Shown in pieces: positions 38,780-53,340 of a DNA stretch of 64,000 nt. The notes under the pieces were generated by a model that made no database searches, had not been told where the DNA came from, and saw nothing but the letters and a program-made list of their open reading frames with translations. Each line of letters opens with the position of its first letter. Within the stretch, counting starts at the first letter, position 1. The stretch is taken from the NCBI RefSeq assembly GCF_018350175.1, contig NC_058368.1, forward strand, positions 209,562,001-209,626,000. Direction: 5' to 3'. The DNA is from Felis catus (taxonomy: Eukaryota). Position numbers and translations under genes: made by a program.

Positions 38780-41345
38780 AATAGTAGTTTATGATAAATT
38801 GAGATGTATACTATAATCCCTATAGCAATCTCCTAAGGAAATAACTTTTAAAAAAAGGTTAAAAAAAGAAAAGAAAAAAAAGTCAACAGAGGAATTTAAA
38901 TGGTACACTAAAAGAATACACAAAAGAACACAGTAAAGGCAGACATAAATCCAATTATATCAATAATCATATTAACTGGGAATAGATTAAACATGCCACT
39001 CAAGAGGCAGAGATTATACTGATCCAAGGACATTACTTCTACAAAAGCTGTATTTCAGGTCAAAGACACAAATAGGTTGAAATAAAAGAATTGAAAAGAT
39101 ATTCCATACCCACAGTAACAATCAGAACACAAAAGTGGCTACAGAAAAAGCAGATAAAACAGACTTTGAGATAAATAATACTAAAGGCAAGGAGGGATTA
39201 TTTATAATGACAAGAGTCAATGTCAGCAATATATATAACATTTACAAAACACAGCCACCAAATATATGAAGATGTATGACAGATATATGACACAACTGAA
39301 CGAAAACAAAATCAGCAAGCATGTAAAAGATTTAAACAATACTACTAATCAACTTGACCTAACCTTACACTTACAGAACATTCTACCCAAAAACTGTTCA
39401 GAACACACATTTCTTTAAAGCACACATAGAACTTTTTCCAGAATTGATGACATGCTAGGCCACAAACAAATCTATATAAGTTTAGAATCATAAAAAAAGA
39501 TGTTCCCTAACAATTACAAAATAAAATTTAAAAGCCCACAACAGAAAGAAATCTGGGGAAATCTATGGGTCAAAGAAGATATCAAAAAGGAAATTAAATA
39601 TTTTTTTCAGTAAAAATGAAAAAACTTATCAAACACTAAAGTGGTGTTTATTGGGAAATTTACAGATTTAAAGGCTTATCTCAGAAAAGTCTCAAATGAA
39701 TAAACTTCCCACCTTAAGGAATCAGAAAAGGCAAATTAAATCCAAAGCAAAAAGAAAGAAAAACATTAGAGTAAAAATGAAATAAAAACCAAAAAAAATT
39801 AAAGAAAAATATCAATGTATTCTCAAGTATGCTCTTTGGGAAAAAAAAAATCAACAACACTGACAAAACCTTAGAAAAGAAAATAAGAGAGAAAAGCAGA
39901 CACAAATTACCAAAACCAGGAATGTAAAAGAGGACATCACCACTGACCCTTTTAGAAATTAAAAGGATCATAAAGGCATATTATGAGCAAGTTTAAACCA
40001 ACAAATTATGAGAATTTATATTAAAAACAACAAAGTCCTAAAAGGACACAAATTACCAGAACTGACTACAAGCAATATAAAATCTGAATAGATCTGTAAC
40101 AAATAAGGACACTGAACTACAAATTAAAAATCTTCAACTAAGGCTTAGGAAGACACAATTCCACTGATGAAGCTTATGAAATATATAAGAAACAGCTTAT
40201 TTTATGAGGTATTAGATTGATACCAAAGCCAGACCTAGACAGGAAAACTATAAATCAATATCCCTCATGAATATAAATACAAAAATCCTTTTTAAAAAAT
40301 TAGCATATTAAATTCAGCAACATATAAAAAATATTATATCACCAAGTGAAATTTATCCTGAGAATGCAAAGTAGGTTACCTATCTGAAAATCAATGTAAA
40401 ATACTATGCTCACAGAATAAAGAATAAAACCCACATGATCATTTCAACAGATGCAGAAAAAACACATGACAAAACCCAATACCCATTCATTATAAAAATG
40501 CTCAAAAAACTAGGAATAGAAGGGAACATCTTCAATTTATTAAAGGGCACCTATGAGAAGTCCACAGCTAACATCATACTTAGAGGTAAAGGATTCCCCC
40601 CCAAATACCAGAACAAGGATGTTTGTTCTTACTACTTCTAATATAGGCTCTGGCCAATGCCAAAAACAATAAACTTTAAAAATTAAAAAAATTAAAGATA
40701 TTACATGCATTCAGATTAGAAAAGAAGAAGTAAAATTGTCTATTACCACATGACATTATCCTATATGTGGAAAATCCTAAGGAACCACTCAAAAAACTAC
40801 TAGAGCCAATAAACAAGGTTATCAAGGTCACAAGATAAAAGATCAATATACAAAAATCAATTGCAATTCTATATTCTAGCAAAAAATGTGAAAATGAAAT
40901 TAAGAAAATTCCATTTAAAATAGCACCACTTAGAAAAAACATTTTTTTTAAGAGGTAGAAGAGTTGTACAACGTTATAAAACACTGCTTAGAGAAAAACA
41001 TCTAAATAAACAGAGAAACATTACATGCTTTGGAGGGGCAGACTCAATACTGTTAACATAGCAATTTTCCTCAAATTAATCTACAGATTCAACCTAATTC
41101 TTTTTAAAATCCCAGCTGGCTTTTTTTTAAAGAAGTTGATCCTAATTTATATGGAAATCAAAAGACCTAAATAGCCAAAACAATTTAAAAAAAACCAACA
41201 AAATTAGAGGACTTGATACTACCAATTTCAAAACATGGTAAGAAGTTACAGTAATCACAACAGTACATTAGTAGCAAAAGTCTAGGTGCAAGGACAAGAT
41301 CAACAAAGAGAACCAAGAATTCAAAAATAAATTCTTTAAGTTTAT

Positions 41346-41395
<50 letters not shown>

Positions 41396-42880
41396 TGTTG
41401 GGGAGGGGCAGAGAATCCAAAGCAGGCTCTGTGCTTTTGGGTGTGGGGCTCGATCTCATGAACCTCGAGATCATGACCTGAGCTGAAACCAACAGTTGTA
41501 TGCTTAACCAACTGAGCTACCCAGGAGCCCCCCAAAATAAATTCTTATATTTATGTTGGATTGATTTTCACAAAGCTGCCAACATAATTCAATGGGAGAC
41601 AGGACAGTCTTGCAACAAACGATATTGGGACAACTGGATATCATATGTTAAAAAAATGAACTTAGACCCTTTTCTCACACCACATACAAAAATTAATTCA
41701 AATGGGTCAGAAATTTAAATGTTTGAGCTAAAATGATAAATCATCTGAAAGAAAATGCAGTAGAAAATCTTTTTGGTCTTCAGTTAGACGAAGAGTTCTT
41801 AGACAACAAAAGCATGAGCCATAAAAGAACTGCTAAACTGGACTTCACTAAAATTTATAACTTTTGCACTTTAAAAGACACCAACACAAAAATAAAGACA
41901 AGCCACAGACTGGGAGAAAACATTCGCAAATCACATATCTGACAATGCACTTGTATGCAAAATATAGATGAACTCTCACGACTGAATAAGACAAAAATCC
42001 AATTTAAAAATGGGCAAAAGACTTGCCTGAATAGACTTCCGCAAAGACGACACATGAATGACTTAAAACCACAAAAAAGTGCTCAACATCATTAGTCATT
42101 AGGAATATGCTAATTAAAACCACAATGGGATACCAAGACAAACCCACTAAATTGGCTATTAAAAAAGATATATAATATCAAGTGTTGGTGAGAATGGAAA
42201 GAAACAGGACCTTTTTTTTCCCCCAAAGAAACCAGAACCTTTATACACTGCTGGTAGGAATGTAAAATAGTACAGCCACTTCTGAAAACAGGCAGTTTCT
42301 TAAAAGTTAATTTATCATATGACCCAGCAATTTCATTCTTAGGAACCTAAAAAAAATGAAAACATATATCCACTCAAAGACTTGTCCATGAATGTTCAAA
42401 GGAACATCATTCATAAAAGTAAAAACTGTAAGTGATCTAAGTGTCTAACAAGCAGTAAAAAAGTAAACCATATAGGGTATATCAATACAATGAAGTATCA
42501 TTCAGCAATAAAAAGAAACAAAATACTGATACATGTAGGCCATGGATAACCTCAAAAACACGATGCCAAGTCAAAGAAGCCAGATGCAAACGACTACATA
42601 TAGCATGATTCCTCCTTTTGGATGAAATGCCCAGAAAAATTTATAGAAACAGAAAGTAGATCAGTAGTTGCCTGAGGCTGAAGAAGGGATGTGGGAGCTC
42701 AGAGCAGACAGCTGACCACAAACAGGCTTGAGAAAAATTTTGGGGGTGATGGAAAAGTTCTAAAACTGGATAGTGTTGATGGTTGCACAACTCTATAAAT
42801 TTACTAAAAACCAGTCTTCTGTGTAATTACATTAGGTTAATTTTACACTATATAAAATTATACCTCAATAAAGTTTAAAA
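38780..42880 (+). mobile_element. Decayed ~4-kb L1 (L1MB-like; ORF2 + 3' end) interrupted by a CanSINE (-, ~41337-41533)
   Basis: Fragments MIISTDAEKTHDK and [15 protein letters not shown]; ends tatacctcaataaag; SINE TSD caaaa(a)taaattctt. Confidence 0.9.
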
Positions 42881-45007
42881 ATGCAATTGGAGAGATTACC
42901 CTTCTTTAGCTAGCAATACACATTTTTCCATAATTCAATTATTTTCTTGAAAAAGATAATATATAATAAAAAAACTTACTGTACATATTAATCATATATT
43001 AACATCTGGGAATTCAAACACAAACATTATGATTTGTTGCTATTAACTAACTGTAACTTGGACTTGACTAAAATTTCTTGTGAGGAACAGAGAAAGCAAT
43101 CATGTTATTTAAGCCAGCTCGTAATGCTGGCACCTGCATATAGTTAAAGACTATTTCACTTACCCTAGGATGGCAGTTATATTCAATATAATTACCTTGT
43201 TTTGGACAGAATCACTGACATATAGGGGTAGAAAGGTATTTTATAAGTATTCACCCAGGCACCCCAACAGCACACTTTCAAAGTTAATTGCAAAGCTTCC
43301 CAATCTTTCCAAATCTTCTGACTTTCTTGCTCTTTCTGTGCAGTGCAGTGTGGTTATATTGAAAGAAGAAAATGATAGAAGATTATAAAGAATAATCACA
43401 GGGAAATATCCAGGTAACAGCAAAGATGATTAATTTTTCATCATATGAACAAATCTCTCATAACTCCAATTGTTGGTTCTTTTTATATTCTACAAAAAAG
43501 GAAGAAAATTTTATAGAGCCTTTTGTATATTTATATCACTTAATACTCATAACATCCTCATGAAAGCATCTTTGTTACCTTATTTAATAAATGGAGAAGC
43601 TAAGGTTTAAAAGAACTTACCACTTGTGATAGGTAGAAAGCTTATAAAGATAGAACTTTAAATTTATCTGATTTCAAAGCCCATGTCCATTTTCCCACAC
43701 TTCTTTCAGATACTTTAAAGCAGTGACCCCCAAAACAATCCTTTTCAATAAATATTGTTTGTGTCCATTATTTACAAATTTTATTCGAAAAGTCACAAGA
43801 CACTTTAAAAGATTAAAAAAGTATGTCTGACGGTTCTAATTTCCTTTGCACAATGAGCTAAGTTATCTTGCACACCCCATTTCACCTACCTCATCTTTTC
43901 CAGTAGATATATACCATTTTGGAAACCCTCTTTTAGCTACTACTACCGTATTTTTTCAGAACTGAGTATCATATCCTTTGAAATTTTCTTCTATTCTTAA
44001 TACTTTACCCTCATTTAAAAGCTTTAACTCCTGTATTTCTAATTTCATTAATTCCTCTATTAAATTTGTGGGTTTTTTTTTAATGTTTATTTTGTGCTTT
44101 GAGAGACAGAGAGAGAGAGAGAGAGCGCGAGTGAGCCAGGGAGGGGCAAAGAGAGAGGGAGAGAGAATCCCAAGCAGGTTCTACACTCAGCACAGGGGTT
44201 ACTAATTTTAAATCTTGGCCATTTTCTTGTCTATTTCTTTTCTTTCTTGTTGTTTTGTTTTGTTTGTTTTAAATATTGTAGTCAAGGAAAAGAACTCTGC
44301 CGGACAGATTTGGCCTGTAAGGCATCAGTTTGTGAGCTCTGAAAAGAACGTAATTTGTTCAACTGATGATGACAGATTATTTGGTTTGGTTCAAGGAATC
44401 CAAATATTACTTTGATTTTTTAAATTTGCTTCTTCTTGCCTTGTTCCTCAGGCTCATATCCATGCAACCCTTTCTATCTTTCAGTATAATACAATCACAT
44501 TGGCTTTTAGTTCCAGAAAGTCTTCTTCCTGCTTTGCTGCCTTTATGAACCTTCAGCATGGAAAATTATCTACTTCCTCAAGTGTAAACTATCCCTTCCT
44601 TAATCCCTCAGGCTCTAATTCTTACTCTGACCACTGCCTCAGGGAAGCATCCCCCCACCTTTCCTAGATATATATCCTCAGTTAAACATATTCTCAGGCA
44701 CTCTGTGCTGTTCCCAAAAGCACTTATAAACTATAATGAAGTAACCATTTCTGTAACCAGTTGTGTAGTAACGAATTCCCTCACTTGACATCAAGTTCTA
44801 CGAGGGCTGGAAATGGGTGTATCTTGTTCATTACTGTATGCTGATCAAGCACAGCAATGTAACATACATCGATTAAGTATTTGAAGGAAGGAATAAAGGT
44901 TCATTTCTTACTAACATATAGAAAGAAATGGAATTAAGTAAAAGCAAAAGTTGAACCTTTCCCTGGGATCAAAGGGGAGATTTTTGCTTTAAAAACAGTA
45001 TATTCTT

Positions 45008-45223
45008 GGGGCGCCTGGGTGGCGCAGTCGGTTAAGCGTCCGACTTCAGCCAGGTCACAATCTCGCGGTCCGGGGGTTCGAGCCCCGCGTCAGGCTCTGG
45101 GCTGATGGCTCAGAGCCTGGAGCCTATTTCCGATTCTGTGTCTCCCTCTCTCTCTGCCCCTCCCCCGTTCATGCTCTCTCTCTGTCCCAAAAATAAATAA
45201 AAACGTTGAAAAAAAAATTTAAA
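45008..45223 (+). mobile_element. Young felid CanSINE
   Basis: CpGs intact; agtatattctt on both flanks. Confidence 0.95.
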
Positions 45224-45599
45224 AAAAAAGTATATTCTTTATTCAAATTTCTGTATATACCTTTACTGAGCTTAACTACTCTATCAGTACCTCTAATCTA
45301 TTATGTCTTGTAGATCTGTCTAGTACTAACAATGTTGTATTAAATCTAATACACACAGACACATACACAATATAATTGTATTTTGTCAAGCTGTCTTTAC
45401 ATTTCAAAATATTTTTTGCTTTATGTTTAGCCATTTGTTGAATTCATTAAAGTTTTTGCCTATTGTGTTTTCTTGACAGATTTCCTTTTATTTACCCATT
45501 TTCCCAATGACTCTCTTTACCTGAGTTAGTATTTTAACTTTAAATTCTACCCTGTCTGGCATTAATAATAGCATTCCTATTTTCTTTTATTTTACTTTC

Positions 45600-46200
45600 T
45601 TTCACATTCTTAGCCTAACTCATCATTTGCATCTCCTCAAACACTTTATATCTTTACTTTCCCTTGGTGATTTCCCTGCCTCAAGCTCTTTAAATATCAT
45701 ATATGCTAATGATGCCTGCCTGAACCCAGACCTCTTGTCTGAACTCCAGACTGGTATATCCAACTACTTACTTGACATCTCCATTTGGATGTCTAACAAC
45801 CATTCCAAACTTGAATATTTTCAAAGTGAGTTCTTTTATTGTTCTTCACACTAGATCCTTCAGCAACATTCCCCATTTTGGTTAAGGACAATTCATTCTT
45901 CCTGTTGGTTTGGCCAATAATGTTGTTATTATCCTTGATTTCTATCTTTCTCACCCCACTTTTGGATCATGAACCTCTGTCTTCAAAATATGTCTGGAAT
46001 TCAACCATTTCCAAGCAAACTTCCTCCCTATAGCCTCCTAATTGGTCTTTTCTACCCTTTTCACTCCTTGGCAATTTAACACAGAAGCCAGCGATTCTGT
46101 TAAAATATAAGCCAGATCATGTCACTCCTCTCTGATCAAAATCCTTCAATACATTCCTTTCTCATTCAGAATAAATGCTAAAATCTTTAAAATGATCTAT
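45600..46200. mobile_element. L2 fragment
   Basis: gaactccagactggtatatccaactacttacttgacatctccatttggatgtctaac; cagatcatgtcactcctct. Confidence 0.75.
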
Positions 46201-46756
46201 AAGTTTTGAATATGAATTATAATATTTCTTAACCAGAAATTGGTTTTGATAATTCTTTACCCCTCAGTAAAATAGAGCCTGTATCTTATTTTAGAAAACA
46301 TTATTTATGTAATTTAAGTATATAAGTTGGTAAGAAAAGATGCAATGTTGGCTTGGAAGCTAAAAAATTAAGCAAGGTATTCTTTGTCTTTCCTCAGATC
46401 TCATACATCTACTACAATATATACTTATATCTGAACTCAAGAAATGTCAGATGAAAGCAAATGGTTTTATATTGTTAATCATAAAACAAGTATTAGAGAG
46501 ATAATATACATATTTAGAGGAAAAAACATTCACAGTTCTAATGTTAACAAGACCTACTCCTCCTTTCAAATCAAACCAATAAACATTCTGCTTGAGTTCC
46601 AGGAAAAGATCAACTTCAGTTATAGCTGCTCTGATTCTAACAATAATTGTTTAAATCTGTTCATGGTAGGAAATACATGAAACCCATTTGCCCACTCTAC
46701 CACCAATTCATTTTTCACTTGAATTTATACTGTCTAGGACAATTGGTGTGATTCAC

Positions 46757-47282
46757 TGTGGCGGATTAAAAGCAGTCACAAATTCTTTGCTGGTCCTCAC
46801 ACTGAGGTGAAGTCTAATTTCCCTCCCTTTGAATCTGGACTGACCTCACTGACTTTCACAGTGAATAAAATTCAGCAGAAATGACCTGGGATTCCCAAAG
46901 TTAAGTCATAAGAAGCTTTGAAGCTCTCATTCAATCATTTTACACTCTGGGAGCCCTGATCCACCACATCAAATGTCAGAGTACCACACATTCATGCAGG
47001 TATTCTGTGTTCTGTGATTCTATGCTCTGTTTGATGTCCCAGATGAGCCCAGCCTTTGGCCATCCCCACCAAGGTGGCACTCACTGAATGAAACCACCTT
47101 GGACCACACAGACCAGTCAGATGAATACCTCCAAGTAATCTCCATCAACACTACATGAATAGAGCTGAGCCCTACTTGAATTCTTGACCCACAAAATCAT
47201 GAGACATAAGAAAATGGTTGTTAATTTAAGCCACACTTAATTATGGGGTACTTTGTTACAGAGCAACAAATGAATGGAACAT
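46757..47282 (+). mobile_element. MaLR solo LTR (MLT1F/G-like)
   Basis: tgtggcggattaaa...cacaaattctttg...ccctccctttgaatctgg...aattcttgacccacaaaatcatgaga...tttgttacagagcaac. Confidence 0.75.
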
Positions 47283-49602
47283 TCAGAAACATTTTTATTA
47301 AGTGGGCAACAAAAGTTTTCATTTCAGATTTAATACAATCTGTAATTTCTTTTCCTTTTTTTTTTTTGGAAACCAGATCTATTTCTTATTTTAACCTTAT
47401 TTTCCACTTCACTCTTTAAAACTTAAAAATGACAGCATATAACTACTTTAATCTTTATGTGCTTAGGATAGCAAATTTTAAGGTTTTTAAAGGTTTTTGT
47501 AACAGCAGACTGGATTAGCTAGACTAGCTTCTGGAGGCATTAGCTAGACTAGGTTTTTTTTTTTTTTTTCTATTATTGATAATAACAGTGGCTAATGCCT
47601 GATATGCATGTTACTTGCTGCTTTACATTCATAAAATTTAACTGTCATGGCAATCTTACAACGTAAATATTATTCATTCACCAAAAATGTATTGAGTACC
47701 TACTATGTGCCAGGTATTGTTAATACAACTGTACACAAGATAATAACAGTGTTCTTGCCTTGTCCACAGTGTGCAGACTATTACAGAAACTGAAATTCTT
47801 CCAAGAGATTAAGCAGTTTGCCTAAATACACACAGCTAATAAGGAACAGAGTGAAGATATGGACTGAAATCTAAAACCCAACCTCTTACCACCTACATTT
47901 ACTGCCTCAATACAATAAAAAGATAAATTCTGTAATGCTGACAAACTACAAAACTGTAAGAAGTGATATAAAATTTCCTCAAGAAAAATAAAAATCATCA
48001 CATTTAGTGTTTCATTAATAATTTATGAATAACTGATTTTATTTAATTCTAATTCAATAATCCCATACTAAATGCAGTTACAACACTTAAAAGGATTAAA
48101 AACCTGGATATTAGTTCAAGAGGAAAACAGCTGTTATCCAAAGTTAACAGCTATATTCATAGACTTCTACATTATCTGATCTAGTCTGATTGATTACAAT
48201 AAGACTATTAACAAATTTAAAAATTCTAAAGAAACAACAATAGATCTTTGTAGAAAGCAAAAACATGAGCAACAAATTATAACAATGCCATCTATAGGAC
48301 AATTAATAGAATGCAGATAACTAACTGGAACTTGCAAACTCTTAACCATCTTCATTAGGAATTTATAGAATGAAAATTAATCATCAATAAAACCCTCAAA
48401 ACTGGACCTTACCTACATGTTATAAGACTAGAAATTGGCAGGACTCAATTTGTAATTCTTATATAACTATATTTCACACCTACCAGTATTAGTTGGGGTC
48501 CTACTGCTTAATAATATACAACCCTTTAAATCATATTCAAGCCAGAAAGTTAATATCTAATACAGACTTTACACAGAAAGCCCAAAATTCTCAAGACTAA
48601 ACTAAGTTATAAGTAACTTCCATGCCTCCAGAAAAAACTTCTCCTGGAAATAAAATTTTACAAGAGTATTTAACAGAATACCTAACTTGTAAAGTAATAG
48701 AAGTATTTCAAGTTTCAGGTCACAGAAAAAAGAATGAATATAAAGGTATGAAACAGGTCAATTTCTGCAAAGGATCTTAATAAGTAGTTTCTAACAAAAA
48801 ATTATTTATCAAGAAGATTTAAAGATTACCCTAGTTACTAAATTAAGAGATATCAAAAAAATTATGCCCTCAACTTATTCATTCAGGGAAAGAAAAAAAA
48901 AATGTAAAATTTCTACCTGAGAGAGTAGTATCACTGGCTCACAGAAGCCAGCTTCAATTGGATTAGTTGCAACACACCTTTTCTTTAAAATGTATTTTTT
49001 CTTGTGCTCTGTCTCTCTCAAAAATAAAATGTATTTTTTCTTTAACTTTGTCTATAGAGATATTACTGGTAAGTACCTAAAAGTCCTTAAAGGTGGTGGA
49101 ATAAAAAGCTGTAGTTCAAATCTACAAATATATTGCCTGACCTATCATCACTCACACTAAAATTCCCTTAACCAAAAGTAAGGTAAGGAAAGGTAAACCA
49201 GTTTACAAGGGTTTGCTTTTTGACATGTCATTTATCCTCTCAACAAAATTGCCATGGCACATAAAATTATCAAGTCTAGGCATAACAACACTATCAGATA
49301 AATTAAGTGAAATGTGAACACCAGGCAAAAAAGTGGACCTCAGAGAGGTTCTTACTTGCCTAACTTCATAAAATGAGTAAGTAGGAAAGTCAAATCCAGG
49401 ACTCTGTGGAATAAAACCTCCCATAGGTTTTATATTACCATGTAGTAATCCCAAATATCACAGTCAAAAAGCCAAAGTGATCCCAGAGAAATTAGATAGA
49501 TATGTGCTTGGTACTTCCCATAGTACATACTAGGTTAAAAGTATAATACACACTAATAACTAAAGGAAAATCTAACCACAGTTTTGTTTCACACACAGAT
49601 CT

Positions 49603-49985
49603 TTTTTTTTTTTTTCAACGTTTTTTAATTTATTTTTGGGACAGAGAGAGACAGAGCATGAACAGGGGAGGGGCAGAGAGAAAGGGAGACACAGAATCAG
49701 AAACAGGCTCCAGGCTCTGAGCCATCAGCCCAGAGCCCGACGCGGGGCTCAAACTCACGGACCGTGAGATCGTGACCTGGCTGAAGTCGGACGCTTAACC
49801 GACTGCGCCACCCAGGCGCCCCACACACAGATCTTACAGATTCAAAAAAAGTCCTCTCTAAGAATATACTCCTGGGGTGCCTGGCTAGCTCAGTCAGTAG
49901 AGCATGCAACTCTTGATCTTGGGGTCCTGAGTTCGAGCCCCACACTGGGCACAGAGCTTACTTTAAAAAAAACAGAAAGAATGAA
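49603..49985. mobile_element. Young CanSINE (-, 49603-49822) and short CanSINE (+, ~49874-49985)
   Basis: TSDs cacacacagatctt and aagaatata(c/t)tcct. Confidence 0.92.
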
Positions 49986-50360
49986 AAGAATATATTCCTA
50001 AAGTGTGCAACCTCAAAATGCTATTTAACCTATCCTAAGAAGAGCATATTTTCCTTATTCAAATATCAAGCTAACAGATATGTTGAGGGTAAGAATTACA
50101 AGAGGACGGAAATTATAATAAAGATCCAATGTTTAAGAAATGGGTCAAAATCCAAGGTTATTAAATGAAAAACAAGGAAGTAGGAAATAGGCAGTAGAAA
50201 AAACTGGTAATATACTTTTAAGAACCATGCTGAGGAAAACATTGTATTTCAGCAATAAAAGAATCATTTATTTCACTTTACTAATGAGTTACATTTTATC
50301 AAAGCAATATAAAATTAAATAAAAAGTTGTAAAGCATTAATCATTAATCAATTTGCACTA

Positions 50361-51215
50361 GGGGTGCCTGGGTAGCTCATTTGGTTGAGCGTTTGGCTCC
50401 TGATCTTGGCTCAGATCATGATCTCATGGTTCTTGAGTTTGAGCCCTGTGTCGAGCCCACCTCGGGCTCTGTGCTAACAGTGCAGAGCTTCCCTGGGATT
50501 CTCTTTCTCTCCCTTTCTCTCTGCCCCTCCCCTGTTTGCACATGCACGCTCTCTCAAAATAAATAAGTACTTTACTTTATTACTTTTTAATTTTTTTAAG
50601 GTTTATTTTTGAGAGAGAGCACTAGTGAGGGAGGGGCGGAGAGACAGACACAGAATCTGAAGCAAGCTCCAGGCTCTGAGCTGTCAGCACAGATCCTGAT
50701 GTGGGGCTCGAACTCACAAGCCATGAGATCAGGACCTGAGCCCAAGTCAGACACTTAATTGACTGAGCTACCCAGGCACCCCTATTTTATTATTACTTTT
50801 TAAGTTTATTTATTTATTTTGAGAGAGCAAGTGGGGGAGGGGCAGCGAAAGAGCATCCCAAGCAGGCTCCACACTGTCAAGGCAGAGTCCGATCAAGGGC
50901 TTGAACTCACGAACTGGGAGATCATGGCCTAAGCTGAAGCTGGACGCTTAACTGACTGAGCCACACATGCACCCCAATAAATTTAAAAACAATTTTTTTG
51001 GGGGCACCTGGGTGGCTCAGTCGGTTAAGCCTCCGACTTCGGCTCAGGTCACGATCTGTTTGTGAGTTCGAGCCCCTCGTCAGGCTCTGTGCTGACAGTC
51101 TGGAGCCTGCAGCCTACTTCTGACTGTGTCTCCCTATCTCTCTGCTCCTCTCCTGTTTACGTTCTGTCTCTCTCTCAAAAAAATAAACATTACAAATTTT
51201 TTTTTAAATTTTTTT
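50361..51215. mobile_element. Cluster of four CanSINEs (+,-,-,+)
   Basis: Approximately 50361-50566, 50590-50782, 50800-50974 and 51000-51205. Confidence 0.9.
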
Positions 51216-53340
51216 TGTACTAATCACATTCATTTTGGAAAGCTGGCATTTTCATGAAAGAGCTTTATAAATTATAGGATTTTACTCTGTGGTAAATGAG
51301 TTCTCTTTTATCTAATTGAAAGCAAACTAAAATCCTTGCTATTTTATGTATGTGTGGGGCTGCAAAATTGGTAAAAGTTAGTGATAGTACAGGCTTATCT
51401 TCCTAAGTTCTCAAGTTCTAAATCATCACTTTTGATTCTAACTTGGCAAGAACATAAAGCAAATTAATCCTCAGTAGAATGCTTATCTTCATTCCATGGT
51501 AAGGAAGAAGGCAGGCACAGTATTACCAGATAGTTCCAAGTGAAGAGTCCTTTTTACTTTGCTTTGGTGTGACTCTTATAACAGGATAAATGTCATCAGA
51601 CCATTATGGTTCTAATGGTAATTTTGCTATAGTTTTAAGATTTTAGCCTAGATTTTTACATCTCTCACTCCATTCTCAAAATAGTACTCAAACCAGAAGC
51701 AGTATGTACTCATGGAAATATCAATAACGATTTTTACAGGAGATGAAATCTTATTTTTCAACGTACATATAGTGCACTTTAGGCCCAAGGGTAAAATGTA
51801 ATATGGAATGAGTTTCTTTTGGTGGGTGTGAAGGGGTAGGGAGGCACTAAGAAATTAGCTAGAGAATTAGAGTGTAGTAGTTGGCATTGAGAAAAGAATA
51901 AGATAATCGGAAAGTTTCTTAAAGAGGAGATAAAACTGACCCACTCTAAAATGTAATTTATAGGTCCTGAACAATAAGATCAAAATAGCAAGAGCAAAAT
52001 ATTTTGCAGCAGTCAAAGCAAAGAACTGGAATGGAGAGCAAAGTGGCCACAGTGACTTACAGAGAAGAGGCTGGGGAATACAGATCTCTATTTCTGAGTC
52101 TAGGTATGATACACATCTTCAAAGTTTGATACAAACATTATGGCTAAATATTATGGTTAAACCATTATTAAACAGTATAAACTTTTTAAGAAGTTGCTGA
52201 AAACTAGTCAATAAAGTATTTTAAGATGAGAGAATAAGCTCAGTCTTTGACAAAAATTAGAAACTAACAAAAAGGTATGTAACGTCCCAGACACAGGTTA
52301 AAGATGCCATTGAAAAGTATGTAAGGTAGCCAGGCTACAGAGACGAAGAGTGCAGTGGGGGGAGGTGGCATCCACAAGCAACACTTTTCTTTGCTGGAAA
52401 ACAATTACAAAATGAGACCATTTTAATAGCCACTAGTAGCAAAGAAAACATAACATGCTATGTCCATTTTATAGAACACATATGAAACAGATTTGTAATT
52501 ATCACTTAAGAACATTCTTTCTTGTGCTATAGTAATGTTTTTTTATCATCAAAGAATACAAGTTCAGCTTACTAAATATAAAGCATCAACTCTAGACTTA
52601 CACACTTAGGTATCAAAAGTTGAGCGACACACGTGTCCTAACAACTTGATCGTGACTCATTCAAGATCTACTTGTGTGATTTCACCACATTCAAGTATCA
52701 TCTGTGTACCATTATTTACTTAATATTTTTCTTTAAAATGGCTACTTATTGAAATGCTCTGATAAATAGGATGCTTATAACAAGTGTTTCTCAAATGACA
52801 CAAACCTATATGCCCTTCAGTTCTCCTATCATCAATGTATGCCATTTTAGTCTTTGAAAACATTTGCATTTGTGTCACTTGAGATGCTTTTTCTTTCTCA
52901 AACTTCTCCTTTTTACCCATGATCAGGGGTATAATGTGCAATAGTTTTATTTTTCTGGTATTTGTATACCTTATCCCTCCCAGAGAAGCTGCTTGATGTA
53001 ATAACTTAAAAATGATGAGAACCTGTAATAGAGATCATGCAAGATATAAATATATTAATGTGATACTGACAACTGACAGATGGAAAGGCTATCTTTTATT
53101 CTGAAGTTATCTTTCCTACTTTACCCTTTTGTAAAGTTAAAATGTCCCCTCTAAGCAACATAAAAAGTTGGCAGTCCCATAGTAAAATTTAACTGGTTGG
53201 TAAAATTCACTTAAAAAAAAAAATCACCTTTAGTGAAAACACTGGTATTAAACATGCTGACAGTTCCAATACAAAAACGAGATGGCTTTAAAGTTTCAGA
53301 GAAAGTTGTCTGTTTCTTCCTAACTAAATCAATAATTTAG

